Shown here piece by piece: positions 22,671 to 35,389 of a stretch of 64,000 nucleotides of DNA. How positions within the stretch are numbered: position 1 is the first letter of the stretch; the number at the start of each line of letters is the position of its first letter. The stretch is taken from NCBI GenBank assembly GCA_020891255.1, contig BQFW01000005.1:186001-250000 (forward strand). Direction: 5' to 3'. The notes beneath the pieces are model-generated. The model saw only the letters and a program-made list of their open reading frames with translations, was not told the DNA's origin and ran no database searches. This DNA comes from Entomortierella parvispora E1425. Taxonomy: Eukaryota; Fungi; Mortierellomycota. The position numbers and the translations under genes are program-made.

Positions 22671-24221
22671 ATGGCTTTTCGAGGAGCTACTTTCCTGCTC
22701 TTTGTCAACTGGCTATGCATCGTCATGTGGCTGACTTCGACCATGGAATCATCAGAGTCGACCGTCACTGTCATCGTAAGGTTAAACATGCTTCTTGTTG
22801 TCTCCTTCTCTTCCTCATGTATCGCATCGCGTCTAACCCATGTCTACTCCCATGTCTTGCAGGCCACCAACGACACCTATATCACCCGCACAGCCGGTTT
22901 TGGTCCGCGGATTCCAGAGGAGGGTCTCCTTTTGAACGTTATTGCCGTTGAATCTCTTGACCCAACAGAGGAAACAACGGCCTGTCATGGACCTATTCCA
23001 GCCCCTAAAGACAAGTATAACCCTTGGGTTGCCCTAGTGGAGCGCGGAGGAGAATGTACCTTTGCTCAAAAGGTCCGCAACATGCAACAGTCCGGAGCAC
23101 AAGCAGTGATTGTAGGCGACAACCAAAAGAATGGACTGGTCACGATGTATGCACGAGGTAAGTGAACATGAAACAATGAGAAAAAAACCATTTCAACAGT
23201 TGTTGGTGCGACTCTGGCCTGCGTGCGACACATGGATATAGAGGGATATGGCACCATGGCAAAAATAGTAATGGCTAATTCTCTCTTTTCTTCCTCTTCT
23301 AGAAGACACATCGGATATCACCGTTCCATCCGTGTTCATCACTCAGAACCACTACCGTGAGCTGCAGTACTTTAGCATGGATCTCGGCCAAGGATTTGCC
23401 GTCTTGTTGATGCCTGACGAGGAGGATTGGTAAGCCTTCAAAAAACACCCAAGGAAATTGAATGCGGACCAACTTGATCAGAGAAAGTAACCCCTTTTTT
23501 TTTAATGAATATTAGGCCGATTCTGGACGCAGTCATGTTTGTGATCTTGTCGCCAGCATTTGCAGTTCTGTTCATGTTTTTCCTCTGGAAGATGCGGGAA
23601 CGTCGACAGCGATTGGCAGATCTGGCTCCACCAGAGGTCGTGAGCAACTTGCCTGTTAAAGTCTTTTTCAAGTCCAAGGTCGAGGATAATGACGCAATCG
23701 AATGCGTGATCTGTCTGGAGGAGTACGTGGATGAAGACGAGCTCAGGATATTGCCCTGCAAACATGAATATCATGTGGCATGCATTGACAAGTGGCTGAT
23801 TACACGCAAAAAGTTTGTAAGTATACCTGGAAGAAGGACATAATGACGAATCAGGCCAACGGGAAATGTTTTTAAACTTCTATATTTTTTGTTTTTGTGT
23901 GGTAATTCTTAGTGCCCAACATGCAAGCGGGACATCTGTGCTCCATCAGAGACTACACCACTCCTGGGATCAGGAATGCAACCAGATTACGCATCAGGAA
24001 GCAGCAGCAATGGAAACACGAGTGCGAGCGCCAACTCTTTTAGTAGCACAGCCTCATTAGCCTCACCCACATTGGCATCTACAGGAGCAGCATCAGAGCA
24101 GGACGATCGGCCATCTGAAGTGATTATCCCCGTGTCTGAGCATCCAGTGGCAGAAGAACCTACAGCGGAACGGCCCTCCTCAAGCACTGAGGAGGAGAGT
24201 CATGTTCTGAACAGGGTATGA
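22671..24221 (+). CDS. PA-domain transmembrane RING-H2 E3 ubiquitin ligase (RNF13/RNF167/RMR-like), multi-exon
   Basis: N-terminal hydrophobic signal; RTAGFGPRIP; VALVERGGECTFAQKVRNMQQSGAQAVIVGDN; DITVPSVFI; TM helix; RING-H2 CVICLEEY..ELRILPCKHEYHVACIDKWL..CPTCK. Confidence 0.93.
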
Positions 24222-24664
24222 TCAAACATTGTGATTTCACTAAATAAATAACTAGAACTTCTAATTTATCGTCGGCGACAAGTCATTGCAGAATGCCTGG
24301 CGTGCAAGAAATAGCGAAATAGTTGAATGACGACTTGCTAGGGATGGTAACATGTGGCTCCTGTGATTCCGGATTGCTTCTCTCTCTTTTAGTTGTGGAA
24401 ACGGCCCATCCCAGTCCAGCAACATCCAGCGTATGAAAGAACTAGAAAAGTGAACTTAGAGACCCTTGTACAAGGTGGATTGTGTGGATATCAATTGCTG
24501 CCGATATCTATCCACACTTGCATGCGCCTTTGTTCTAATGATTCCCCTTTTTTCTCTTCCTTTTTTTCCTTTTCTTGTTAGATCTTATCCGATCCCCGCC
24601 ATTCTCTCTCCGTCTTTGCTGAACCTTTCTATTTCTTCAAATGAACATATAGACTCGATAGGAA

Positions 24665-25939
24665 ATGAAGAGCTCGGTCCTCTGTACAAGCAAGCCTAGC
24701 ACGCGCACAGACAATCTTGCAGATGGTCTCATCTTCAGGAACATAGACATGCTGGAAGACTCCATCCTGATATCCGAATTATCTTCATCATCTCAACCTC
24801 AAATTTCTTCGCCCAGGCTTCTCTATGTTTTGTATTCGACCTCTGCAGCACCGCCATCATCGACAACCGGGGCGATCGATTCAGAACCGAGTCTGGGTGC
24901 GACAGGAAGAATCGTGAGCATTGTCGTCTTGGCCACATTGCTTTTCCTGTGTTGCACTGGAGTGGCAAGCTACTTTCGCTGGCGGCAACAAACTCGATTC
25001 TACAAGGAGAAAGGACAGGTGCTCCGGATCTGGAATAACAACCAGTCCAGGAGGGAACCATCGCCACCGACCCCAACATCTTCCACTGTCAGCGAGCTGG
25101 ACAGCAGTAAGTGTTCAGGACTCGGGCCAAGCATCAAGGCAACAACCTCCAGCATCGCGGTTGATGCTCATCTTCGTACGCAGGGCTTCAAGATGAAATT
25201 AATGACAACTTCTTGGCCAACCTGGAGGTCTCCTCGCCCATTCACCACCTCCTCTGCAGCTGCCACAGTACCTCCAGTTGCAGTTACATTCAACAAACAT
25301 GCCGTCGCTACGGCCTCAGACCCTCCAGCAGCACCCAGTACCTTTGCCTTGGCCGGGTATGTGCCCGATCCCGTCGTTGGCGCCTATATGGACAACGCAC
25401 GAAGGCAATACGCAGCCCATCTCGCCAAGACCGGGAACTACCCTCCTCATTACCTGAACCCCATCACGGCACCCAACCTCCTCGCGCCCACCGTCCCGGC
25501 CTCTCTCCCTTCCTTCACTCGACAAGACTCTGATGTCTTTTCCTCCTCCTCGATCGCCTCCAGGACTTTGAGAAAGAAACCAAGGAGCATTTGGGAACGA
25601 GCCTCGGATCGGTTCTCCAACCGCCATGCTCGCTCAGTGGGTCGTTCGCGCGTATCCAAGAACCATGTCTCTCGCTTCTTTCAAGAGAATGCCCGCCCAC
25701 ATTCGCACCCTCTTTACGCACCCCGATATGATAGCGATGATGAGGACGGAGAGGAAGAGGACTTGGATGAGGAAGAGGGGGGCTGTGCGCCAGCTGGACA
25801 AGATAAGGAAGGAAGGGCGTATAGACACCCGAATGACTTTATGGTCCGAACACCCATGACGGTCCAGGAGGCTCAGGCTGCAGCAGCCAGGATCATGGCA
25901 ATGGGGGAGGAGAGGAAAAGAAAGATGGGGGTGTCATAG
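24665..25939 (+). CDS. Hypothetical single-pass membrane protein (Ser/Pro-rich)
   Basis: 424-aa ORF with one TM segment (IVSIVVLATLLFLCCTGVASYF) followed by basic residues; 5' end uncertain. Confidence 0.65.
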   Translation: MKSSVLCTSKPSTRTDNLADGLIFRNIDMLEDSILISELSSSSQPQISSPRLLYVLYSTSAAPPSSTTGAIDSEPSLGATGRIVSIVVLATLLFLCCTGVASYFRWRQQTRFYKEKGQVLRIWNNNQSRREPSPPTPTSSTVSELDSSKCSGLGPSIKATTSSIAVDAHLRTQGFKMKLMTTSWPTWRSPRPFTTSSAAATVPPVAVTFNKHAVATASDPPAAPSTFALAGYVPDPVVGAYMDNARRQYAAHLAKTGNYPPHYLNPITAPNLLAPTVPASLPSFTRQDSDVFSSSSIASRTLRKKPRSIWERASDRFSNRHARSVGRSRVSKNHVSRFFQENARPHSHPLYAPRYDSDDEDGEEEDLDEEEGGCAPAGQDKEGRAYRHPNDFMVRTPMTVQEAQAAAARIMAMGEERKRKMGVS

Positions 25940-26319
25940 TCGTATCTGAGGATGCCACTGTCACCAAGACCCGCCGACACCAGCTGCAGGATCAGCTCAG
26001 ATAGCGGAAGTACTGGTCCCTCCACATCCTGGCATCCCATTCCAGAGCACGCATGACGGTCATGACGTTTTAAAAAGAATATAGAGAGGATGCCTCTGTT
26101 TATTTGCATGAAGTGGAAATATTACTGATAATGAATGTGTTATGTCGTAGAAAAGTGGTCCAAGACCATTCTTTCCTTTGTTTTGTTTTTGTTCCTGTGG
26201 ATGAGATGGGTATTATCCTGAGACGCCTTTTTTTGTTCCATTGAAGCTCGAAGGCAGCGTATCCAGAATGTAATATGTGTTCTTGTTCCTTTTTTTTTCC
26301 CAGATCCAGAAAAGCAGCT

Positions 26320-27888
26320 TTATGGTGAGGCCTTGCCGACCTTGTTGGCCTCAAGATCAGCGCCAACGCCCTCTTCCTCGTCCAGATCCTGCTGGGTCAT
26401 GGGGATATAGGTGGGCTTGTTGGCGGGTGCAGCCTGCATCTCCTTGTCCTTGGCATAGGTGTAAAGAGCGCCTCCACTGAGAATCAAGACAATACCGAAA
26501 AGACGACCGGCTGTGATCACATCGTTGAACGCAAAGTATCCGAGAAGAGTTTGGAGACTACGAGAGGCCAAAGGTAAAATAGAGATGGGCTTTAGCAAAA
26601 AAATAGAAATCCAATCCCGCAGCCTTTTCCCTTTTCATTGCATGCTGGCGTAAAAAAATACAAAAAAAGCTTACACTCCGCGAACAGCTCCCGAAATCAT
26701 ATGGGTGGTGGGCGACGTCTTTGAGATCTGCATGAATCCAGCCAAGTTGACCAAGAAACCAAAGATACCGGTCACGAAGGCAGCGATGAGGAAAGGGTGG
26801 AACGAGGCAAAGCCCTCCATATCGAGATCGTACGCGATCTGCGCACTCTCGCCGCTCAAAAAGATAATGGGAGTGGTTGCCATCAAGGACAGAACGTTGT
26901 TGTAGTAGACGAGGTCGATCGAAGAGTGGTTCACAGCGGGCAAGGAACGCTTGATAACGATTGCGTGCAATGAGGTGGTGACGGACGAGACAATGCCAAA
27001 GAAGACTCCGATCTTGGATACATTGATCTCCGAGGTGACTCCTGTGTAGAATCCGCAAAAGACGGTGAAGCACGCAATGATGACCAAGAGAGAAGAGGGC
27101 TGGCGCAACAACACATAGGCAAAGATCACGGTGAAAGGCAAGACCAATCCTCGAGCAATCTAGAGAGAGAAGAGAGAAAACGGCGCCGTCGGGAAAAGAG
27201 TAAAGATAAAATTAGGTTTTGTTCTTCTTTTTGGCTTTTTACTCTCTGATCAGGACCCGCGCTGGAGGTGCGGTGGAAGTAGCCCTGTCCTTTCCTTTTG
27301 GCCCCCTCGCCCTCCCTGCCTTCATTTGCTGACTACCATTGGGCGCAAACGAAATAAAGAGAGCAATTTCTTCCCTTGCTCGGATCGGGAATACAGACGC
27401 AAACAACATACCTGGTAGAACGAAGTGTCCACATAGACCAGGCACAGGGTGTTGACACCGAGTCCGAGGACGTTGATGGCAATCAACGGCACCAAGGCCC
27501 TGGCGACCTCAAACTGGATCTTTGGCATGGTCAACAGTCCAGTCATGTGGGTGACTCTGAGCAGCAACACTGCGATCAGCATCTGCAGCCAGAGTAGAGT
27601 CCAGGAAAGCGGTTTCGTATTCAGGGCCCACTATTGGATTGGATTCCCACCGATTGAAGAGAAAGAAGCAAAGAAAAAGAACCAAGAAATCGGTGTCAGC
27701 CAGTCAGAAACAGCCGTGGAGGGGTAAGAGAACAGAGATCAGATGAGTCGAAGAAATAAAATAGAAGTGGGGCATTCCAAATGTACCTTGTTGACGCTGA
27801 CCATGACCAATGCAGTGAGCATGTAAAAGCCGACAGTGAGAATCACTGTCTGGCGCTCGGTGAGGCCATACTTGTTAGGGGCTGACAT
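26320..27888 (-). CDS. Nucleotide-sugar transporter (TPT family), GDP-fucose transporter (SLC35C1)-like, multi-exon
   Basis: VMVSVNK, NTLCLVYVDTSFYQ|IARGLVLPFTV, LVYYNNVLS, GFMQISKTSPTTHMISGAVRG; about 10 hydrophobic segments. Confidence 0.88.
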
Positions 27889-28349
27889 TGTCCTTGTGAA
27901 GATGGATGAAAGAAAAGAGGAAAAAAGAGGTTGGGAGTGACAGACAGCAAGCAACAAAAAGAAAAAGAGGGGGCGTCAAAGAGAGGGGGTCGTCAAAGAG
28001 GTAGCTGGCCGAGGAACGCAAGGTTGCTGGACTAGGGGGCGGAAGGGGATCACTGGGATGGAAGGAATGATGAAAGAGAAGAAAAGAAAAAGAGATGAAC
28101 GAGGGGATGAATGAATGAGGAAATGATGGTCAAATGGACAGTGGGTCCAGCTGAGCCCAAAGGGTGCTTCCAGGGCCAATTGAGCCAGGGGTGATTTACG
28201 GCAACATTACGAACGAGAGCACTCTTGTCTATTCTCGGATTCGAGTCTGTCTGTTTATCGACTATATAGTGCGGTTGGTGGTGTGTTGTCCGTCGTCTAT
28301 CTAATTAGCAATATCTTCCCCCTTTAATGAACATAGACCCACTCAAGCT

Positions 28350-31300
28350 TCACCGCCAGCACTCTACTCGTCGACGGATCACCTCCTTGGCCTCGGCAAC
28401 CCCGAGGTGCGTGACCCCAATCTCCTCCAGTCGACGCTGGACTTCCTCCGCCGCCAGATCTTCGTCAAACACCACCGCCATGATCTGCGCGAGCGTCCTC
28501 TTCACGTAGTTGGTCTTGTCTACCCCTTTATCCTGCACCGCTGGTGGAGAGTTGGCCTTTGCACTCTGAAGGGACAGAAGGATGGCTGCATCTCGGAGTT
28601 TGCGATGATAGTTCTCTGGTCGTTTGATCCACTTGCGTCCAGCCCCTAGCAGTCCGATTCGCACATCCCTCGCCAGTTGAAGTCCGCCCAATTCCGAGAA
28701 CGAGTTCTTCATGATGGTCTTTTGCCAGATAAAGTCCTGAATCTCCAGCGAAATCTGTTTGTACAGGGCCGTAAACTGCCTTGTTGGCAAGGCCGACTGT
28801 AGGAACTCGAATGAATGAGATAGTATCCTAAGGGGCTGGTACAGCTCTGGCGACACATCATCGTTCTCAGTCGAGGACGGATGATACTCGTTCAGCTGGG
28901 GCGACTGGGGTGAATGAGGCGACTGAGGCGCCGAGAATTCAATTTGTGGCCAGGAGCGTCTACAAAAAAAAAAAAAAAAAAAAAAAAGTCATTTGATAGG
29001 TTAGTCCATTTGTCTGCCTTCTATGATTGACAATATACATAGCGTTCTTTGCCTTTTCCCTTCAGACTTACAATGAAACGTATGGTTTCATACTGCCAAA
29101 CACATCCTTTGTGACACTCTTGACGATCAATTCCTGGATGCGCTTGGACAGCTGGCTAAAACCACGAATAGAATCGTCAAATATCGTTCCTTGCTCGTCC
29201 AGTCGCTTCACAGGTGCAATATCCTCATCCGATTCTTCGTTCTCAGACAGCATTGGGTTGGTGATCTTCTTTGTCCGCTCTGAAATTTCCTTGTAGAGCT
29301 CCAAGAAAAACTAGGAAATTGCAGGTCATGCTGTGAATCAATACCATGATCGTAACTTCTATATCGACAGCCTTTTTCACATGTGCACATACCACATCTT
29401 CACCCCAATCTTTGAGGGTAGAGCTGATGTACTCAGCGCTGGCCATCCACTGACAAAGGTTCCGAAGACCTTCAATGCCCATAGTGCTGAGCTCATCAGG
29501 AGTGGCTGAGCCTGGCAGCACTCTTACAAACGAATAGGTCAAAGACTCGAAGTGATCGACAAGGTCTCGAATATGTCTGTGGTATGATATCAAAATGTCC
29601 AGTTGGATATCCAGTAGGAATGTTCTGTGCTCGAGGACTGGTAATGGTCGGTAACGCTCAGTAATAATTTCCAGCAAATCCATGACCTTTTCGGCGGATT
29701 TTGTAGGGATGATAACTCCCTTCTCGCCTAGGTCCTCGTAGGCTGGTTTCCATGCATCGGCATCTTCTACAATTTGGGTATACCTGCTGACCGCGACTGT
29801 TGACAACAATGATTAGAAACAGAATATAGTCGAATACATGTCAACTCATTTCAACCAAGAGATGCCCTTACAGTCTTTCTCGACTCGAAGCCAGGTTTTA
29901 AGCCATTCTCGGTTACCAAGGAACACGTGCACGGTGCCTTGCCACTCCTTCGTCTGTCCTGGAGGCTGGTAGAGCTCCTGCTCTCTCAGAGTCCTGTCAA
30001 ATTTCAGTGTTTCGTGGATGGCATGGGACAGAATCTCAGGACTTGATAACATCGCAGGGACACTCAAGCTGATTTTCCGCTCCACAGCAGCAAGGAGAAG
30101 GCGGATAAAATCATTCTATGGTCCAGTACCAACACAGCAAAACGTTATTCCTGAGATCTGGTCAAGTTATCAAGGAATAGAAGAAGAAGGCATCTTACCT
30201 TGACGTCATACTCCTTGAATTCAGTCTCCTGCACAACTTCCTGGACAAAGTTTTGCAAGAAGGGCGAGTGATCCTTGATGAGCTCTAGAACATGCGTGAG
30301 GTACCACTCTGGCTGTTTTGGTCCGTAAGAAATAAGGACAGTTAGACCCATTGGAAAGGCGAATGTGTAATTGTTGCTTGTCGATATCCTCATATAGACA
30401 TACCTTGTCCAGTCGATTCGTCGGCCGTCTCCCTTCAAAATGATATCTGAATCTCAGAGTGAGAGGAGCGACCATGAGTGCAGTCGTTAGCAGTGGCGCA
30501 AAGGGCTTTTCTCCAGAATGGTCCAAGGGTCCATATGTTCTATTCATCAGGAATGAGTGAGGAGTCGAGTTAATAAAAAATCCAAATCCTGGATTGCCTC
30601 CAAGGGACAGCCTCAGCGTTCGCTCCTTCTTTTTTTTTTTTTTTTTGCTTACGGCTCCTGTAGCATCAAAAGCTCTTTGTATGTCTCCTCGAATTGATCC
30701 CGCTGTTCGTCCTTCAGGTCTGTTGACTTTGCAATAGGTTTTGGCCAGCCGATCGCATCAATTGAAGCTTGGAATTTCCTAAAGAATAGGATAGCATATG
30801 TAAGTACAAACTAAGGTCACTGCACTGCCTTTGACAAGCCGCTCTCACTCACAGGGACAAAGAGGACTTGAACTCCTTCAGCAGTCCATCCACGCTGGCA
30901 GTCAAAAACTGCTCCAGTTTGGTATCGTGTTGGTGAACCGCTCCACAGACACTCTTAGATAACTCAACCAGTGACTCGTAAGGCACAAGGGCCTCTTTGG
31001 CCGAGGACTGAAGTTGGTCTTTGCATTGTGATCTAATCCAAGGCAAAATCAAATTTCTCGGTCAGTCAGATCCTGCACATACGACGAGTAACCTACAGCT
31101 GTCATTCCTCTACGTCCAACTTACATCATTTTTTGGGTCTGGGTAACAATCGCAATGTAGCGCTTTGCATCCTCGAGAGCTTGGATTTTGGCCTGCAAGC
31201 CGCTGAGTTCTTCGATGAGCGACCGTTGGTTCCTGTTCTTTCCCAAGGCGAATGTCTCTGAGTTCTCTATTTGCTCCTCAAGATCCAATGAGGACGACTC

Positions 31301-31725
31301 CAGATTTCCCAGGCTCTCGAGGGATGCCTTCGATGTAGCCTGTGCCTGCCTTAGAACCTGGGCGGTCTTTATCCTACTTGCATCCAACTATTGATGAAAA
31401 AAGGCGTGTATCAGCTTTGATGTCTATCATTCTTTCTCATCTTTGATCCATAAACTGTACGCTGTGCAGGTCGATGCATTGCGCCCATTGAAGGACAAAC
31501 TACCTGCTTCCTCAGCTCCTCGCCGGCGACGGTTTGTTCCTGTAGAATGTCCTTGATCTTGACCAGGTCCTCGCGCGACTTGAAGCGCGCGTCAAAGAAG
31601 TCGGTCACGTCCTCGTCGACATTATTCGTCTCGTCAAAGACGACGACATTACTGGAATGAGCGGGCCGTGACTGGAATGATTCCTGGTCCGAGGATGGCG
31701 GTAGAGGCGGATGGATGGAGGTCAT
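28350..31725 (-). CDS. TIP20: RINT1/TIP20 family vesicle-tethering subunit, multi-exon
   Basis: N-terminal coiled coil; PEWYLTH, HAIHETLKFD, WLK.EKD, KSAEKVMDLLEIITERYRPLP, FLLDIQLDIL..YH, YISSTLKDWGED, FSELGGLQLARDV. Confidence 0.92.
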
Positions 31726-31996
31726 GCCTGAACGGATGTGTTGTTACTGTGGTGCTCCTGAGGATGAAGAACGATGCACTCGATGCGTTACATGAAGAGC
31801 GCGTGACTGCCCTCTTTCCTCTTTTTGACTGTCTCACATGGCCATGTGCATGTTTGTTCATGCATGCATGTACCTTTCCCTCTCATTCCCTGCCTGCATA
31901 CCTCCTTCACTCCCACTTCTGGCTGCCCCCCATCCTCTCTCCCTTTCTTTTCTTCTCTGGTACGCAAAATAATACCCCACTGCCTCTTCTGCTACA

Positions 31997-34900
31997 ATGT
32001 CCTCGGCCGCTGCTAGGTCACTCGCGCAGGACATGCTTCTGGCTATCCGCGACCAGCACCTCTCTGATATAACCGTCGTCGCGTTTGGACAGACGTTCCA
32101 CCTGCACCGGCTCATCCTCCTGCGGTCTGGCTACTTTCGTTCGCTCATCCTTGGTCAGGGCGACTGGATCGAAAAGTCGCGCCAGGCCGTCACCCTCCAG
32201 TTCGACGACCCCTATGTGAACCTGGAGGCGTTTCAGCGCATCATCCATTGGCTCTATGGAACAGACTGCCACTACATCGAAGGCGACGCACCGATCCTAT
32301 TCAGAACTTCTGCGGCGCCAGGGACCGGCCATATTGGGTCTCATGCTCTAGCTAGAAGCGCCTCCTCTCAATACCATGCCCAATCTGGATCGAGCTCCAT
32401 GGACAATGGTCGACTAGGCCTTGGCCTGCATCGCGACGCAGGAGCTACCCCCTCCTATTCTGAAAAGATGCCGTCCATGGGCATAATCTTCCGTCGTTAC
32501 GATAACATTATGTTGGACCCCTCAGACAAAGTGGATGCTCTCCTGATCTCCATGTATGCCGCAGCTTCCTATCTCAACATAGGAGCCCTCATGGACGAAC
32601 TTTGCAGCGATATCTCGCGCCGTATCCGGGACTGTCGCGGACTGATCCACTATATGGAGTATGCCTGGCGTTTGAACAACGGACGCGCCTGGGATATCAT
32701 CTTGGCTCAGTGCTTCTACACGTTCTTCTGGAATACATACAAGTCGATAGTATTGCAGGAGATGATGGTCTCGCCCGACATGCCCCTCGTTGGACTGATC
32801 AAAGTTCTCGTGTCAGAATCCCTCTATGTGCCGAACGAGTATGAGCGCTATACCCTGGCCAAACGTATTATGCTCCGCCGCCTAGGATTAGAGACGGAAA
32901 AGTTGATGAACTGGGTCTATGATTACCATGATCAGGACTGGTTCATGATTTTGAAGGATCTGGATGACAACGGGACATGGTCGTACGAATTGAGCGCGGA
33001 TACATTCCTCAATGACCTCCAGGATTGGGAGTCGACCTCCACGACAGAATACGAAGACGCAGTCGACACGGATCACGAATGGCATCCGACTGCAAAGGAG
33101 CTACGACGAAAGAGCTCTCAGGCTAGTACTGCCCTGCTCTTTGAGGAATTCAGGTCAGCCACACTAACGGCAGAGACCTCTTCAACAGCACCTGTACATA
33201 AGAAAAAGAGTTCGGCTGATCTGAGGGAGGTGACACCGCCAGATGTCGGTGACACAGAAAAGAAAACGTCGCCTCTTTCACCGACTCTGGGAACGCCCAT
33301 CTCATCGCCTGCTCTGTCATCCCTGTCCATCTCTTCGGATACCTTGCCTCGACACCAAGTTCGAGAACTGCTGATCCTCATGTATGTTCTCCACCACAGC
33401 ATCAACTACACCCACATGTCGTTTGACCACCTGCACCAGGTGTTGACAGATGGCCTTGTCTTGCCCTCGAGAATCAAGGATGCATTCTGGAGACAGCATC
33501 TGCTGAGGCGCATTGCAACCAGCACCTCACCCAATCTGCCCTATTTGACTGCTCCTTCGGAGCCGGTCTATGGTCGCTATCACGGAGCCGATCCTACTCA
33601 CCGAGAACGTAGAACACCTATCACGTCTGCAACATCCCGCGCCAAGATGACTGCGGGATCGACCCGGGCTTCACCTCTGACCTCCAGCTCTTTGCCAGTA
33701 AACTCTCATGGCCTGCTTCCCATCCGCTTCAGCACATCGCTGTATATGAGTCGCCAGGATCTCATGACAGATGGCAAGCACTTTACAAACTCGACCTTCT
33801 ATGGGGGCAGTTGGTGGAGCATTCAAGTTGGAAACAACCTCAATGCAGATGGTAAAGTTGGCGTGTTTTTGAGCTCTGCTTTGGTACCCCGTGTTGTACC
33901 AAATAGCGGTGGCGGGCGCGGAGGTGGAGGAAGAACCCTCGGCGGGTCGTCTATTTCGCGGTCAGGAAGCACTGGACTCTTTTCAGCACTTGCGTCTTCA
34001 GCTGCAGGCAATAACACCACGTCGGCCGCCAGTCGACCGCCCCGGGGCTCAATCAGTAGCATGCAGCATATGGCACACAGTACTTCGGAGAATGGAGGAA
34101 GTGGCGAGTGTTCAAGTGCCTACAGTCGGGCACGCGATCTCAACATCAGCTATCGGATCTACATGACCTCGAATGTACCAGAACCACCAGAGTACTTTGC
34201 GGCTGTATCCTCGAGGCGACTAGAGGAGATCCGCGGGAGCGATTACAATCAGCATCCAGCGCCGCCTCATCCCTCAGGTGTGGCAGAGATCCCCCGTCCG
34301 CACTCAGCAGCCGGCCATGGCTATGGACACGCCTCTTTCTCATCTTCACCCGATCTAGGATTGACAAGCCCTATGAATCGCTCGTCGCAAATGATATCTT
34401 CCGAGGATGGAATGATCTGCAACGATGTATTCAAGCCGACGGAAGGATGGGGGTACAAGGAGTCTGTCTACTTGACACGCGTAGCCAAGAGAGTGAGGGA
34501 CCAACCACCGAGAACGAGAACTCATTCAGCAACCGGACCGCCTCCAAGAACAACAACGGCTCAAGTGCCTGGCGGGCAGAGTCATCCTCCTCTCAATCCA
34601 CTTCACCAACATCCGCCCCAGCAGCAGCAACAGCAGCAACAGCAGCCACCAAATCATCCCCCACAGCAGCAGCAGCAGCAGCAGCAGCAGGCGCCTCCAC
34701 AAGCACAGCAACCATTCCAGCCGCAGCCGCATCACTTTCCTCAGCTTCACAATCCTCAGCAACAACAGCAACAGCAACAACCTGCCCCAGGAAATCTTGG
34801 CCACCACCAAGGTGCCGGCGCTCACCATCAGGCACCTGCAGCGGCTGCAGGACCTCCAGCAGCCCATGCCCAAGGTGGCCCTGGCCATCCCATGAGTCAG

Positions 34901-35056
34901 TCCTATCCAGCCGTCTCCTCAATTGGGAATAGCTCATCTTCGGAAGGAGCATCCCTGGGCCATGATGAGACAGAGGATGATGGTCTGTGGATCCACTTTG
35001 TTGTTAAAGTCGGATGGTCAGACCGCAAGAGTCCAGCAGACAAAGCGACAAGCTAA
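31997..35056 (+). CDS. BTB/POZ-domain protein (1019 aa, single exon) with polyQ low-complexity C-terminal half
   Basis: SDITVVAFGQTFHLHRLILLRSGYFRSL..FDDPYV..EAF..II.WLYG BTB signature; YVPNEYERY; long uninterrupted ORF. Confidence 0.9.
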   Translation: MSSAAARSLAQDMLLAIRDQHLSDITVVAFGQTFHLHRLILLRSGYFRSLILGQGDWIEKSRQAVTLQFDDPYVNLEAFQRIIHWLYGTDCHYIEGDAPILFRTSAAPGTGHIGSHALARSASSQYHAQSGSSSMDNGRLGLGLHRDAGATPSYSEKMPSMGIIFRRYDNIMLDPSDKVDALLISMYAAASYLNIGALMDELCSDISRRIRDCRGLIHYMEYAWRLNNGRAWDIILAQCFYTFFWNTYKSIVLQEMMVSPDMPLVGLIKVLVSESLYVPNEYERYTLAKRIMLRRLGLETEKLMNWVYDYHDQDWFMILKDLDDNGTWSYELSADTFLNDLQDWESTSTTEYEDAVDTDHEWHPTAKELRRKSSQASTALLFEEFRSATLTAETSSTAPVHKKKSSADLREVTPPDVGDTEKKTSPLSPTLGTPISSPALSSLSISSDTLPRHQVRELLILMYVLHHSINYTHMSFDHLHQVLTDGLVLPSRIKDAFWRQHLLRRIATSTSPNLPYLTAPSEPVYGRYHGADPTHRERRTPITSATSRAKMTAGSTRASPLTSSSLPVNSHGLLPIRFSTSLYMSRQDLMTDGKHFTNSTFYGGSWWSIQVGNNLNADGKVGVFLSSALVPRVVPNSGGGRGGGGRTLGGSSISRSGSTGLFSALASSAAGNNTTSAASRPPRGSISSMQHMAHSTSENGGSGECSSAYSRARDLNISYRIYMTSNVPEPPEYFAAVSSRRLEEIRGSDYNQHPAPPHPSGVAEIPRPHSAAGHGYGHASFSSSPDLGLTSPMNRSSQMISSEDGMICNDVFKPTEGWGYKESVYLTRVAKRVRDQPPRTRTHSATGPPPRTTTAQVPGGQSHPPLNPLHQHPPQQQQQQQQQPPNHPPQQQQQQQQQAPPQAQQPFQPQPHHFPQLHNPQQQQQQQQPAPGNLGHHQGAGAHHQAPAAAAGPPAAHAQGGPGHPMSQSYPAVSSIGNSSSSEGASLGHDETEDDGLWIHFVVKVGWSDRKSPADKATS

Positions 35057-35095
35057 AGAAATAAATTTTCGTTTATATAAAGACGAACGACTTTT

Positions 35096-35389
35096 CTAGC
35101 GCGCCTCACATGCAACGGGAGGGACCAAAGGCGGTTGGAACGGTAGCTCCTCATGGTCAGGCACTTCTTGTTCTTCATCCGAACTATCGGTCTCTGGACC
35201 AGAGGACCCTTCTTTTTTCTCCTTTTTGGTTTTCTTGGGCTTGAGTTCCTTGAGGACGGTCCTAGGCTTCAAATCGCCACAGCCCCTGTAGAGACCGTTC
35301 GGGTTCTCAATCTCAAGGTCAGGGTAGCGTTTTAGCTGGCCATGGTTCGAGCGAGTGATATTGCGTGAGTTCCTGATCATTGTCGCCAT
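35096..35389 (-). CDS. Hypothetical 97-aa protein (basic then acidic tract)
   Basis: ATG-initiated ORF with coding-like codon use, CT-rich leader upstream; no family recognised. Confidence 0.5.
   Translation of the reverse strand: MATMIRNSRNITRSNHGQLKRYPDLEIENPNGLYRGCGDLKPRTVLKELKPKKTKKEKKEGSSGPETDSSDEEQEVPDHEELPFQPPLVPPVACEAR

Noticed and set aside
34108-34932. 274-aa alternative-frame ORF inside the BTB gene
   Set aside because: Off-frame read of CAG/polyQ low-complexity sequence.
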